This document shows positions 1 to 10,335 of a DNA stretch of 43,938 nucleotides, in pieces (the first letter of the stretch is position 1; each line of letters starts with the position of its first letter). This stretch comes from Craspedostauros australis (Eukaryota). The notes below the pieces were generated by a model, which was given only the letters and a program-made list of their open reading frames with translations, did no database searches and was not told the origin of the DNA. The DNA lies in assembly GCA_030167865.1 (NCBI GenBank), contig JALAGF010004238.1, forward strand, positions 1 to 43,938, given 5' to 3'. The position numbers and the translations under genes were made by a program.

Positions 1-1086
1 ACACCCGCTGCTGTGATCAACCAACCAAAGCAGCCAACGGTGGCCAAAACACCCTGCGACCGACAATTTGCAGTTTCCGCGACAGAATTTGACGTGGATC
101 CCACCAAGAAACCGCTCTGCATCTGGGACTTCTACGGAAACAACTGCAATCGAATGATCACGTTGGCCAAGGCTCTGTACCTGGCCAGCGAGATGTCCAC
201 TATGGTGCAGCTGGATGATGCGTGGTCGAAATGGTTCGTGCAATTCTTCGATCCACATCCCCGTATCTCGCTGAGCCACATGTTTGTCGTTTCGAACGGA
301 ACCGCAACCTTGAATCCTGAACATCGCCCAAATGCGCTTCAAACAACCCAATGCATCACGAGAGCGCTGGCTGAAACGGTCTACACAATCGTGCAACCGG
401 TGTCTGTGGCGGTCCATCGAGGCGTCCGCGTTCCCATGTTGGACCAGCTGGTTCCCAAACGATCTATTCGGGAAGAAGCAGAGCGACAAGTTCAGAAGCG
501 ATACGCCAATGGGAAGCAAGCAGTATCCGTGTCAGACGAGGGCAACGCCATGGAGACGCAACCTGCAATGACGAGTACAGATGCGCACAGTTCAATGGAA
601 TTGTCGCAAAGCCCCTTGCAGTATCCGTTCGTTTCTGTTCATCGCAGATGGTTGGACGGGGAATGCATCAAATCAGCAAACAAACCTGAACGTCATTTTG
701 ACAATTGCACCGCATCTACACTGGTGGCAACATGCGAGTACACGTACAACGCTGTACTTCAAACGCTCAATCGACAATCCTCGTCGTTGTCAAGCAAAGG
801 CCCCACTGTGGATGAGTCTTCTCCACTTATAGTCCTGTTCACGGACGGCCAGAAAGCAGTCTACGACAGCACCTTCCCCATCCGAGATCCCAACGAATTC
901 GCCTTGCAATTGTGGATGATGACGCTATCGCAGCAGCACTTCGGCAGTCCACAAAGTACGGTTGACGTTGTTGTGCGACACTGGCGGCACCATCGCATCC
1001 AACAGCATGAGAATGCCAAGCCTGGATCGAATCCACCAAGAAATGATATCGTGCATCCCATTGAGTGCAACCCATCTTGGGTATGA
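1..1086 (+). CDS. Putative glycosyltransferase (O-fucosyltransferase/GT-B-like), 5'-truncated by window edge
   Basis: The frame is open from position 1 and the listed start is a GTG. Motifs FVSVHRRWLDGEC, IVLFTDGQ and LWMMTLSQQHFGSPQSTVDVVVRHWR resemble the 'vHxR...TD...d.w....a..f.G...ST' pattern of fucosyltransferase-like folds. Confidence 0.5.
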   Translation, partial: TPAAVINQPKQPTVAKTPCDRQFAVSATEFDVDPTKKPLCIWDFYGNNCNRMITLAKALYLASEMSTMVQLDDAWSKWFVQFFDPHPRISLSHMFVVSNGTATLNPEHRPNALQTTQCITRALAETVYTIVQPVSVAVHRGVRVPMLDQLVPKRSIREEAERQVQKRYANGKQAVSVSDEGNAMETQPAMTSTDAHSSMELSQSPLQYPFVSVHRRWLDGECIKSANKPERHFDNCTASTLVATCEYTYNAVLQTLNRQSSSLSSKGPTVDESSPLIVLFTDGQKAVYDSTFPIRDPNEFALQLWMMTLSQQHFGSPQSTVDVVVRHWRHHRIQQHENAKPGSNPPRNDIVHPIECNPSWV

Positions 1087-1488
1087 CCGCTTGCTCTGCC
1101 TCTCGGTATATGTGTATGCGCGTTTATGTGCGTGAAACTGCATAGAGCAGAGCAGTTGGATGCACATTCTCCTGCCGAAGATGTACGGTCGAGACTGGTT
1201 CATTCAGAACTTGGAGCAGCATCCGGAGGATCAGCATTCCATCCCCTGCCACGATGTGGTTGCTGGACTGCGCAAACATGAACCAGAAGCACAGCATCGC
1301 TGGTTGGTCTCTCCACAGCGTACAACTCATTCGAAGCATGACTCTGCTACACCTCAACATTCGTGGTGATTTCAGAGATGAGGTCCCATACCACGCCCTA
1401 CAGAGTCCTCTACTCTACTACTAATTCATTCGTTCATTCATCTATGTGCTATTGCTGCCCATAGTCTCTGCCTTCACTTGTTTGATCA

Positions 1489-4400
1489 TTAACCCACGTC
1501 CATGCGAGCAGCATCATCATCACCTTTGCCATTGCCTGCCGCTGCATCATTAGCTGCATTGTCAGCTTCCTCTTCCTGCGGACTGGCTGCGATACCCACC
1601 TCGCTTTTCCATTGCTCGGCAATTTCAGATGGTAGGATCGACAGCATTCGTTGGTACTCCTTCTTGATCACAACGAATGGCCGCACCTTTTCGCTGCCGC
1701 CAGTGTCATCTTCAACCTCCGTTTGCGACCACATCGCACTGAACTTCCGGTTCGCGTTCTGTTCCGTGGCATCCACAGTCTCCACCAGAGTCTTGGTGGT
1801 CTGCATCAGCAGATCACGGGACATGATGAGATTCCCCATGGTGGCCCATTCCGTGATAAGGTGGATGACAAACTCATGTGCCGCGCAAGTCATGCTGCCC
1901 GTCTTGCGTTTCTTCTTCAACGGTGGTTGCAGCCAGGTCATCCAGGTTTCGACGATGGCATCTCTCGTCTGGCGGTGCAGGCGTGTCTTGTGTCGCAAGA
2001 TGGCTTTCACCAAGCACAGAAAGAATGCCCGTTCATCGCGGATGTCTCTCGCAAGACCTTGCAAGACATTGGCGAACTTGACGAAAGATACGGCGAGGGA
2101 TGGACCCTGAGAGTTCCCTGGAAAACAGGCGAAGCAGAATGCGCCCTGCAAGATGGACACCGGAACTTGCAGCAGCTGAGACGGCGTTTGGGCGGCCGCT
2201 GCGTCGTCATCGGACGCAATGTCGGGTGGGAGCGGCCGCGAATCCTCCAGCACCGCGGCTACATCGTGCAAGGCGCCACCGGCCACAAGGCGTCTGTCCA
2301 GCTCGACTTCGAGCAGCAGATGGATCACCACCGGCAAGTACTTTCGAACGGAGCTGAAAGGTACCATGGCTTCCACGGTTTCCTTCGACGGAGGCATCAA
2401 ACCAGAGTCTGGGACCAGATATTTCCTGCCGCGTGCTGCGCAAATGTGAGTTGAAAAGAGCGCCAGATGCAGCAGCTGGATGAGAGATGGGATCACGGCA
2501 TGCGCCGCTGGCACGCTGGTTGCCTTGAGGACGTCGACGCGCAGCGATCGCAGCACGCGATCCAGCATCAATCGAACCACGAATGGGTCCGCCAGAAGCA
2601 TGGAGGCCAGCGCAGGCATGCTCGGTGTGTAATCGTGGATGTCCTTCTTTTGCTTCTTGTGCGCAGATGGCAGAGGCGCGATGGTCGGCTTGGTGTCCGC
2701 CTTTGCTGCCTCCTCGCGTTTGCGCTTCAACAGCAGTTCTTCTTCCGGATTGCGCTTGGCTAGCTCCACCTTGTACAGTTTTCGGGCTTGCGGCAGGATC
2801 TCGTCCTTGAACACCTTCTGCTGGCGGTTGGCCTCACCTCGGAACCACTGTCCCGCTTTGCCGCGGTTGTAGCTGATGCAGTTCTTGAACATGAGCTTGA
2901 CATCCACCTCCCATTGCGCGATTTCGTCATATTCGCTGCGATCCACCTTGTCCTCCATCGTCATGACGCACATCGGCTTCTTGATGATGTCCGAGTAGCC
3001 AGGGGCGATGGCGTCGGTGACAGGATTCAAGAACAGATTCTGAGGATCGGCATCCTTCATGGCAGTCAACGCTGCCGTGATGATCATGTTCAGCTGCCTT
3101 TTGAGGAAAGTCGTTGGCTTCGATGTCTTGGCCTTCTTCTTTTTGTTGCCGTCATCCAGCTCAAACTCATCATCATCCTGATCAGATGCGTCGCCTTTCT
3201 TGCGTTTGCCTCCCTTGCCTGCGCCGTTGTTGTTGTCGTCGCCGTCATCATCGTCGTTACCATCATCGATTTGATCCGGCTGGAAGATCTTCCTCAAAAT
3301 CTCCTGAATGCGAAGGAGAGCCTTGTCGGTGATGACGCCGTCCTTCACGGCATCGTCCAGAACGCGCGACAAGCTGTGGATGTCGGTGTACGCCTTGGGC
3401 AACGGACCGCCGGATGACAGCAAGATGTCGGCGACGAGCGTGCAGTGCAAGTGCGATCCCGTCAACTTGGAATCGGCCGAACCGTGCTTGGCCATGAGCA
3501 TCGAGAGCACGGCGTAGAGCAGTTTGGGTCGGTACGACGCGGATCCGCCGATTGTGGCATTGAGGAAATGTCGCAGCTTCGCGACGGATCGCCCGGTGGT
3601 CAGCTGCGAAGAGGCTTCGTTGTTGTTCTTGTCACCCTTGTTGGCGACAGCTGATCGATTCGCCTTGTTGGCCAGAGCGGAAACCGACGATTTGGCGGAG
3701 CTCGATGCGAGGGATGTCAACGCACGCCTTTGGGTTGTCAGCACACGCCTCTCTCGCGCGCTGGCCACGAAGGTTTGTGCGACGGCTTCGACGAGCGCTG
3801 TATTGGTGCAGTACTGTTGGATCAACGGCAGGAAGGTCTCCCCCAGCAGAGTCGTCCGTATGACTTCCAGATACTGCTTCGGATTCGTCTCGGCAGGATT
3901 GGCGTCACCGCCCTGCGGCAGCCGCTGATCCCAATCCGCCTCCCACACCAGCTTCTTGAGCAGCCCCGGAAGCGGCTTGAAGATCTCCGCATGCTTCAAC
4001 TTGCCGCTCTCGTTGGCGTCGCGTTCTGCGAGCTTGAGCAAGATCTCGTGCGGCGTCTGGTCGCCCAGATGCTTGAGCACGGCCCAAAGGACGGGTCGCA
4101 ACTCCGGCAGGATCGTCGTGTAGTCCCAGCAGTTGGCCAGCAGGTTGAGCAGCGCCTTCTTGGATTGCGAGTTGCGGATCTCCTCCTCGAGATCCTTCTG
4201 CAGCGCATCCGAAATGCGCTTGTGCACTTCACGCTGCGACACGCCCAGGTGTGATAGGAAGGTGAAGACCGAATCCGTGTCGAGCGATTCCACCTTCGTA
4301 TTGGACGCGTCGTCGCTGCGCTTCGCCATGCCAGCATCGTAATGAGGCTTCGTGCCGAGCGCCTTTGCGAACATGGTGTGCAGCGAGTTGGTTTGCTGGA

Positions 4401-4632
4401 AGTTCTCGATCGTTTTTGCCTGTCATTTGTTTGCGTGTGATGGGTGTGATGGGTGTGACCGTGGATGGGTGTGAGTGTGAGCGTCGGTACAACGGGGATC
4501 AAGGTAATGGTGACGATGATTGCTTCATGGTCGACGTACCGGATTCTTCGTTCGCTTGAGCTCGCGCCTGAGCTCTCGCTTGGCCATCGGCCCGACGACG
4601 AACATCGGGACGCTCGGTTGCTTTTGAGACAT
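1489..4632 (-). CDS. NELF-B/COBRA1-like N-terminal domain plus bromodomain protein; exons 4632-4540 and 4419-1489
   Basis: A 120-nt intron at 4539-4420 (GTACGT...GACAG) joins MSQKQPSVPMFVVGPMAKRELRRELKRTKNP to AKTIENFQQTNSL in frame. The segment FLSHLGVSQREVHKRI...LRPVLWAVLKHL...LLKKLVWE...FLPLIQQY is NELF-B-like. The bromodomain reads DPQNLFLNPVTDAIAPGYSDIIKKPM...LMFKNCISYN. Confidence 0.85.
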
Positions 4633-5178
4633 CCTTGGCTTTCAATCTTCCGCTTGCTGCTGTAATCGCGTGTTTCCCTTCGCCTCTCTCGCATCCACCT
4701 TCCGTCCTATTGTCCCAATGCACACTTGCTTCGATCTTCTGTGGCCGTCAAGGTGGTGGAGTAGCTATCTTACGATTGCGATGCTCGAACATCAGCGCTC
4801 TCTGGATTGGCAGCCTCATCAAACCACCAACACAACAGCCTCAGCCATCGTTGCTCTTGTTTGATGCCGTTTGGAACACGATTGAGAAACGATCAATCGT
4901 GCACATATGACCCACTGGACTAAAATGATTCATGTGATCAAAGAAGATACGAATTCTGCCTTCTCCCACAAACGTCAACAACGCAACCTGCAAAACACGG
5001 AGAAGATCCAAACAAGCGAAGACCATGGCGTCATCGGCATTCTTTCTCCATCTCTCTTCGTGTGTCTCTTCTTGTTGCGTTCTTCATTTCATGCCACAAC
5101 CTCCACCAGCGGCTCCTGATTGTGCAACACAGGCTTCCCTCAACACCTCAACACGTTACGACGCAAGCAAAAGCCGAC

Positions 5179-5814
5179 ATGAAGACGCTCCTGATCGCGC
5201 TGGTCCTTTCAGCTTGCGCCCGCGTATCACACGGCCTCAACATCGTCGTTGCGGGCGGCACCGGGGAGATGGCGCGAGCCTTGCTGCCCAAGCTGTCTCC
5301 AACACAATCCAGCCAGAATGACAAGGTCACGGTCCTGTGCCGCAACGCCTTCCTTGCTGCCGCGCCCAACCGCGTGACGGGCGAGTTTGGTTACCTCGGT
5401 CAATCCTTCCTGACGAAGCACAAACACGTGCAACTGCGCGACTGGGATGGAGGCGATCTGACGGACATCGTGGGTCAGGATTGGATGGGCTGGCAGGACG
5501 ACACCTTGGCCAAGGCTGACGTCGTCATCAACCTCGTCGGCGGGTACACGCACCAACGCAACATGGCCGCCGAACGTATCGTGCGTGAATCGTTTCGCGT
5601 CAATCCGGACGCGTTGCAAATTACCGTGTCGCCGACGGAAGAAGACATCGGCGCCGTGTCGCCCGGTCTGGTCGGCGTCAAGAGCAAGCGGATTCAGGAA
5701 TGCGAGGATATGGTGCGCAACAACTTGCTCAACTTTGCTTGTTTGCGCGTGGAGGCCTACCGGTTGGACGCGGCGTGCGATGCGATTATCAGCGAGATTG
5801 GCAGGGCGAGATGA
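5179..5814 (+). CDS. NAD(P)-binding Rossmann-fold protein (atypical SDR-like) with signal peptide
   Basis: The signal peptide MKTLLIALVLSACARVSHG is followed by the dinucleotide-binding motif NIVVAGGTG and later ADVVINLVGG. ATG 5179 is preferred over the GTG start at 5062. Confidence 0.7.
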   Translation: MKTLLIALVLSACARVSHGLNIVVAGGTGEMARALLPKLSPTQSSQNDKVTVLCRNAFLAAAPNRVTGEFGYLGQSFLTKHKHVQLRDWDGGDLTDIVGQDWMGWQDDTLAKADVVINLVGGYTHQRNMAAERIVRESFRVNPDALQITVSPTEEDIGAVSPGLVGVKSKRIQECEDMVRNNLLNFACLRVEAYRLDAACDAIISEIGRAR

Positions 5815-6073
5815 TGCTTCTCTTGAGGGCGAATCGAGTTGCAATGAATAGAGATCACGACCAACAACAGCATGGAAGGCACGTATGAGTACGTGCAAAT
5901 TCAGAATCAACACAAGTCTGGATTAATGTCGTTTTGAGAGCTCCATTTGATGCACTTTTGAATGGAGTAGAGTTCAATGCATTCTCTCCATTTGTTTTCT
6001 TCTGTCTCTTCTCTACTCTCTGGACACGTTAGAAGGTGTTTGCTATTAGCCGGAGCTATGTGCATCGTTACTG

Positions 6074-7114
6074 TTATAGATGCTTCTTGAAGAATTTGAT
6101 GGTGGAACTGATGGTCCTGTCAAATTCCTTCCCGAAACACATATCAAAATGACCTGCACCCTTTGCCTCGATGAACGTCGATCCCTCGATCGCATCCGCA
6201 GCATCTCGCACGTACTTGGCTGGACACGGCGCATCGTTCTCTGCAGCGATTAGTAGTGCCGGGCACTTGACGTCGCCCGCAACATCCAAGGGACGGTAGC
6301 TCAGCGCCTCAATCGCAGAACCAACTGACGCAGCATTCTGCCACTTGGGATTGTCTGTGTTGGCGTACACCACGGCCATGTATCCCTCCTCGTCACCAGG
6401 ATTCTGAAGCACTGCGTTGGATCCGGGTGGGCCAATCAACGGGATGTAGTACGTCCGTCTGCGAAAGATGCCGTTGAGTATCCATCGCAAGATAGCGTTG
6501 AGCATTTTGAGAGCCGCTTGCTTGGCCAGTTTCGGATGTTTTTGGATGGCTCCTTTGGACACCTGCGCCCCGGATTCCACAGATGGAACTAGCGACACGA
6601 TAGCCTTGATGGACGGATCGTTCGCTGCCGCCACGATCACGTGCCCGCCCCCAAACGACATGCCCCACAGCCCCACGCGTTCGCGATCAACCTGCAACGT
6701 ATCGCATTCCTGCTTCACAAAGGCAACCGCCGCCTCCAAATCTGCGACGTGCCGCGACGCGCTGGCCCTGTTGCGTGGCATGCCCTCGCTATGTCCAAAG
6801 GAAGCGTAGTCGAACGTGAATGCCGCGAATCCAGCGGATGTGAATGCGTCGACGTACTTGTCGAGACAGCAGTCCTGCGTCAAACCGATGCCGTGTGCGA
6901 GGATGATCGTGGCAGGCGCAGCACGACGGTTGGATCGTTTCGGATAATACATGCGGCCAGCCAGCTTACTCTTGCCGTCGCCTCCGATGAAACGCACAAA
7001 GTCTTGGGTGTTGGAGGTATCCAATAGATCCTGTGTCCATGTCGGCTGTCCGCTCTCGTTGGCACGCCATATGGCTGCCATGGCCACCATCAGTGCTCCA
7101 AGAACGTGCACCAT
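6074..7114 (-). CDS. Alpha/beta hydrolase (serine hydrolase) with N-terminal hydrophobic segment
   Basis: Oxyanion motif IILAHG, FDYASFGHSEG, nucleophile elbow GLWGMSFGGG, acid AAENDAPC and His in GAGHFD. The gene is intronless. Confidence 0.85.
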   Translation of the reverse strand: MVHVLGALMVAMAAIWRANESGQPTWTQDLLDTSNTQDFVRFIGGDGKSKLAGRMYYPKRSNRRAAPATIILAHGIGLTQDCCLDKYVDAFTSAGFAAFTFDYASFGHSEGMPRNRASASRHVADLEAAVAFVKQECDTLQVDRERVGLWGMSFGGGHVIVAAANDPSIKAIVSLVPSVESGAQVSKGAIQKHPKLAKQAALKMLNAILRWILNGIFRRRTYYIPLIGPPGSNAVLQNPGDEEGYMAVVYANTDNPKWQNAASVGSAIEALSYRPLDVAGDVKCPALLIAAENDAPCPAKYVRDAADAIEGSTFIEAKGAGHFDMCFGKEFDRTISSTIKFFKKHL

Positions 7115-7469
7115 TTTTTGCCTATTTCTATCTCTCTATCTCTCTATCTATGTGTGGGATGCGTCTTGATGATGATTCCTCTCTGTCACGAACTGAGAAG
7201 TTATGCGACGCTCGTGTGGTGACAGCCCTGCCGATGAATCGTCGCCCTCCTTTCGCTTTCTCTCTTTCCTTGTTGTGTTCCTTCTCGGATGCCTCGAACA
7301 AACCGGCAAAGGCGAAGAATCGTGATCTTCCGCTTCTCATCCGAATTGTTCGAATCGTGGATGATTTAACTGAAATTGAAGGAGCTATCGAACCCAGGTG
7401 TCAAAGTCGGTGGATACTTGAGAACAATACGCCCTTGATTCAAGGGTTGAAATGGAAATCTGGAATTGA

Positions 7470-9953
7470 TTGGAGCGCTCGAACCATCACGAACGTCTTT
7501 GTCTTCGCGATCCGCACACACAGATCACCCTCTGGTACAATCTCTTGCAACGCATTCAACACTACTACTCTCTGGAGAGTACATGCAACACTCCCACGAG
7601 AACGAAACACATGCTGGCGAACACGGAATGGTTGGGAACTGTTGAATGTTCCGCAAAGAGCTTGGAGCGTCTCGGTGTGACCGCTGACGATGCGCTCGTT
7701 GTGAGATTGCGATGCGCAGCCAGTGACGATGCGGACGAGACGAAGCAGCATAAGTACGCTTCCTCGATCGTGCGGCCCATTCCCGTATCGTCTCCACAGC
7801 ACATGATATCGGTTCACCCCATCTTGTACGATTTCATGGCCATCGCTGCTTCGGAAGGTGCAAGCAACGATGGTGATGCGATCGACGGCGTCAAATGCTG
7901 CGTGCAGGCATTGCCCTTGTGCCCGCCTCCACTGGAATGTATGGATGCTGCCATGAGCAACCGCTGGAGCATTTCCAAAACAACTTGCCAACGCATGTCA
8001 TCGCAATACGCATATCGTATTCATGCGTCGTGCATTCACATGGACGATTGCTTTACGTCGCAAGGGCTGCCTCAAAACGTCCTCGAAGATCTCATTCTCA
8101 GCATGCTGGATGGAAGGATCATCCATTCTCAAACGACGGTGGCAGTTGCCAATGGACGCGGTTGCATCTTTCTTTTCGTCGATAAAGTCCACATTGGAAA
8201 GAGCGGGAACATGGAGCAAACGATGGATGTGGAAGATTGGTTGTCCGCCATCCGAGTATCAACGCACTCATCCGATTGCAAACTGCACCTCAATGCTCGT
8301 ATGCCCGACGATTGGAACGCTGACGCCGAGGCAGTTTCCAACGTTCCAGATACCAGCCCGCCAGCCACATCTCCTGGTTACGAAGACCAGCTGGAAGCCA
8401 TCCTGCAACTCTTGAATCTGACCAGCGATCAGGCGGCTCCATCTGGGATTCTGCTGACCGGATTTGCAGGTGTTGGAAAGACGAGGTTCATTTCTTGCAT
8501 TGCGCAACGCTATCACAAGGCCAAGCAGAAGGTCCACCGGAAATCCGCGCATGATTTGTTCGTCGCAGCAACCTCGACGGATGATTTACTGGACTCTGCT
8601 CTGCCTCAAAATGGCAAGTGCGATTTGTTCATCATCGATGATCTTCATCTTCTTGCGCAGGATGCAGGGCACGAAGACGTCACGCCTGCAGATCATGAGT
8701 TCATCCTCGTACACAATACCATCCTCGAGGCGATTGATATTCTGCAACAGCGAGGATCGGCAGTGGTTGGTGTTGCACAGACCCGCAATGCATTGCCGCA
8801 CACTCTCACGAAGGCCGGTCGCTTGGAAAAAGAAATCGAACTGCTGCCACCTTCACAGGCTCAGCGTGTTGCGATCTGGCAGCACTTGTTGGATGACATC
8901 GATCATGTGAAACCACAAGTTCGCACTAACTGGGCTGTGGCTCTGAGTCGTGCATCTGCTGGCTGCGTGGCCAAAGATATCTGTGCCATCTTCCAAGATG
9001 CGATGACGCGTGGTGCAAGCCGCAAGCATGGTGGTGGTACGGCGAATGGGGATGAGACGCAGTTGCAATGGAACGACTTGCAAGAAGCGGCGATGGGCAG
9101 CGTGCCTTCGCAACTAATGGAGCTGGACGTACGGAAGCCCATGGTATGGAGCACGGACATATCCTGGAGTGAAATGCACCATCAAAGCTGGAAGAAATTC
9201 GCTGGTTATTCCGAAGTGAAACAGCGGACATACCGCAACGTCGTGCTGCCATGGAAGGGTTTCCTGCAGAATTTGGAAACAGAGATGCAGCAACCCATCA
9301 TTATCGCCCCACCAACCGGAGTCCTATTCCATGGGCCATCCGGTTGCGGAAAGTCCTTGGCGGCACGGTGTCTCGCCAATTCGTTGGGATTGCCGATGAT
9401 CCAAGTGCGTGCCACGGATGTCCTGGACAAGTGGCTGGGCGGTTCGGAGGCGTTGCTGCGATCGTTGTTTGCGCGCGCTCGGTCCGTGTCACCGTGCATC
9501 CTGTTCATCGATGAGATCGACGCCATCGCCAGCAACCGATCGGAGGATGATGGCAACGACTTCACATCCCGAGTGCTGTCGACCTTCCTCAATGAGATGG
9601 ACGGCGTCTCGAGCGGTCTGTCGAAGAATCAGATCCTGGTCATCGCTTGCACGAATCGTCTGGAAGCGCTGGATTCGGCGTTGCTGCGTCCTGGTAGGCT
9701 TGGCGATCACTTCTTGTTGCAACACCCGAATGCAGATGAGCTGATGCAGATCATGCGACACTATCTTTCCGAGGTACCGTTGCACGATGACGTCCAATTG
9801 GATGAATTGTCCGCCATGCTGCATCAGCGGCAGTTCAGCGGTGCTAACGTCGAAGGTCTTTGCCGCGATGTGTGCCTGTCATCGTTTTCGTTGAGGGATA
9901 CTGATGACAACTTCATGCTGCAGCGGCGCGACTTCCTTCGGCATTTGCAATGA
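7470..9953 (+). CDS. Type II AAA+ ATPase (CDC48/AFG2-SPATA5/PEX1 superfamily) with a divergent first domain
   Basis: D1 has Walker A GFAGVGKT, Walker B LFIIDD and AGRLEKEI. D2 has GVLFHGPSGCGKS, pore loop KWLGGSE, Walker B ILFIDEID and SRH CTNRLEALDSALLRPGRL. Confidence 0.85.
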   Translation: MERSNHHERLCLRDPHTQITLWYNLLQRIQHYYSLESTCNTPTRTKHMLANTEWLGTVECSAKSLERLGVTADDALVVRLRCAASDDADETKQHKYASSIVRPIPVSSPQHMISVHPILYDFMAIAASEGASNDGDAIDGVKCCVQALPLCPPPLECMDAAMSNRWSISKTTCQRMSSQYAYRIHASCIHMDDCFTSQGLPQNVLEDLILSMLDGRIIHSQTTVAVANGRGCIFLFVDKVHIGKSGNMEQTMDVEDWLSAIRVSTHSSDCKLHLNARMPDDWNADAEAVSNVPDTSPPATSPGYEDQLEAILQLLNLTSDQAAPSGILLTGFAGVGKTRFISCIAQRYHKAKQKVHRKSAHDLFVAATSTDDLLDSALPQNGKCDLFIIDDLHLLAQDAGHEDVTPADHEFILVHNTILEAIDILQQRGSAVVGVAQTRNALPHTLTKAGRLEKEIELLPPSQAQRVAIWQHLLDDIDHVKPQVRTNWAVALSRASAGCVAKDICAIFQDAMTRGASRKHGGGTANGDETQLQWNDLQEAAMGSVPSQLMELDVRKPMVWSTDISWSEMHHQSWKKFAGYSEVKQRTYRNVVLPWKGFLQNLETEMQQPIIIAPPTGVLFHGPSGCGKSLAARCLANSLGLPMIQVRATDVLDKWLGGSEALLRSLFARARSVSPCILFIDEIDAIASNRSEDDGNDFTSRVLSTFLNEMDGVSSGLSKNQILVIACTNRLEALDSALLRPGRLGDHFLLQHPNADELMQIMRHYLSEVPLHDDVQLDELSAMLHQRQFSGANVEGLCRDVCLSSFSLRDTDDNFMLQRRDFLRHLQ

Positions 9954-10335
9954 AGCGCAATGGTAGAGTATTGAAATGAGATTCTATTATTGCGCAGTGG
10001 AATGCAACACTACACTCCGCGATAGAATGTGAGTGCAATCGAGCATGTGTTAGGCACGAAGAACTCTGGGGACAGCAGTAATAACCGTAGCTCGTACTTT
10101 GTGAGATTTTGGTATGGGACGATCGTGGAGAATATCATAGTTTTGATGGAACGTGTTTATTTGTTTTGTGGCGGATGATGATTGAGAAGGGTGTCCGCAG
10201 AATCTTCTTCATGCGGACCATAGCACCGCCGCTGCGTCTTCATGGATTGCACATACATCATGGTTGATCTGCGCTGTTCATCTCGAACAGCACATACCAC
10301 ATCTTAAGACGCACACACGCTCGAGGCAATTCCAT

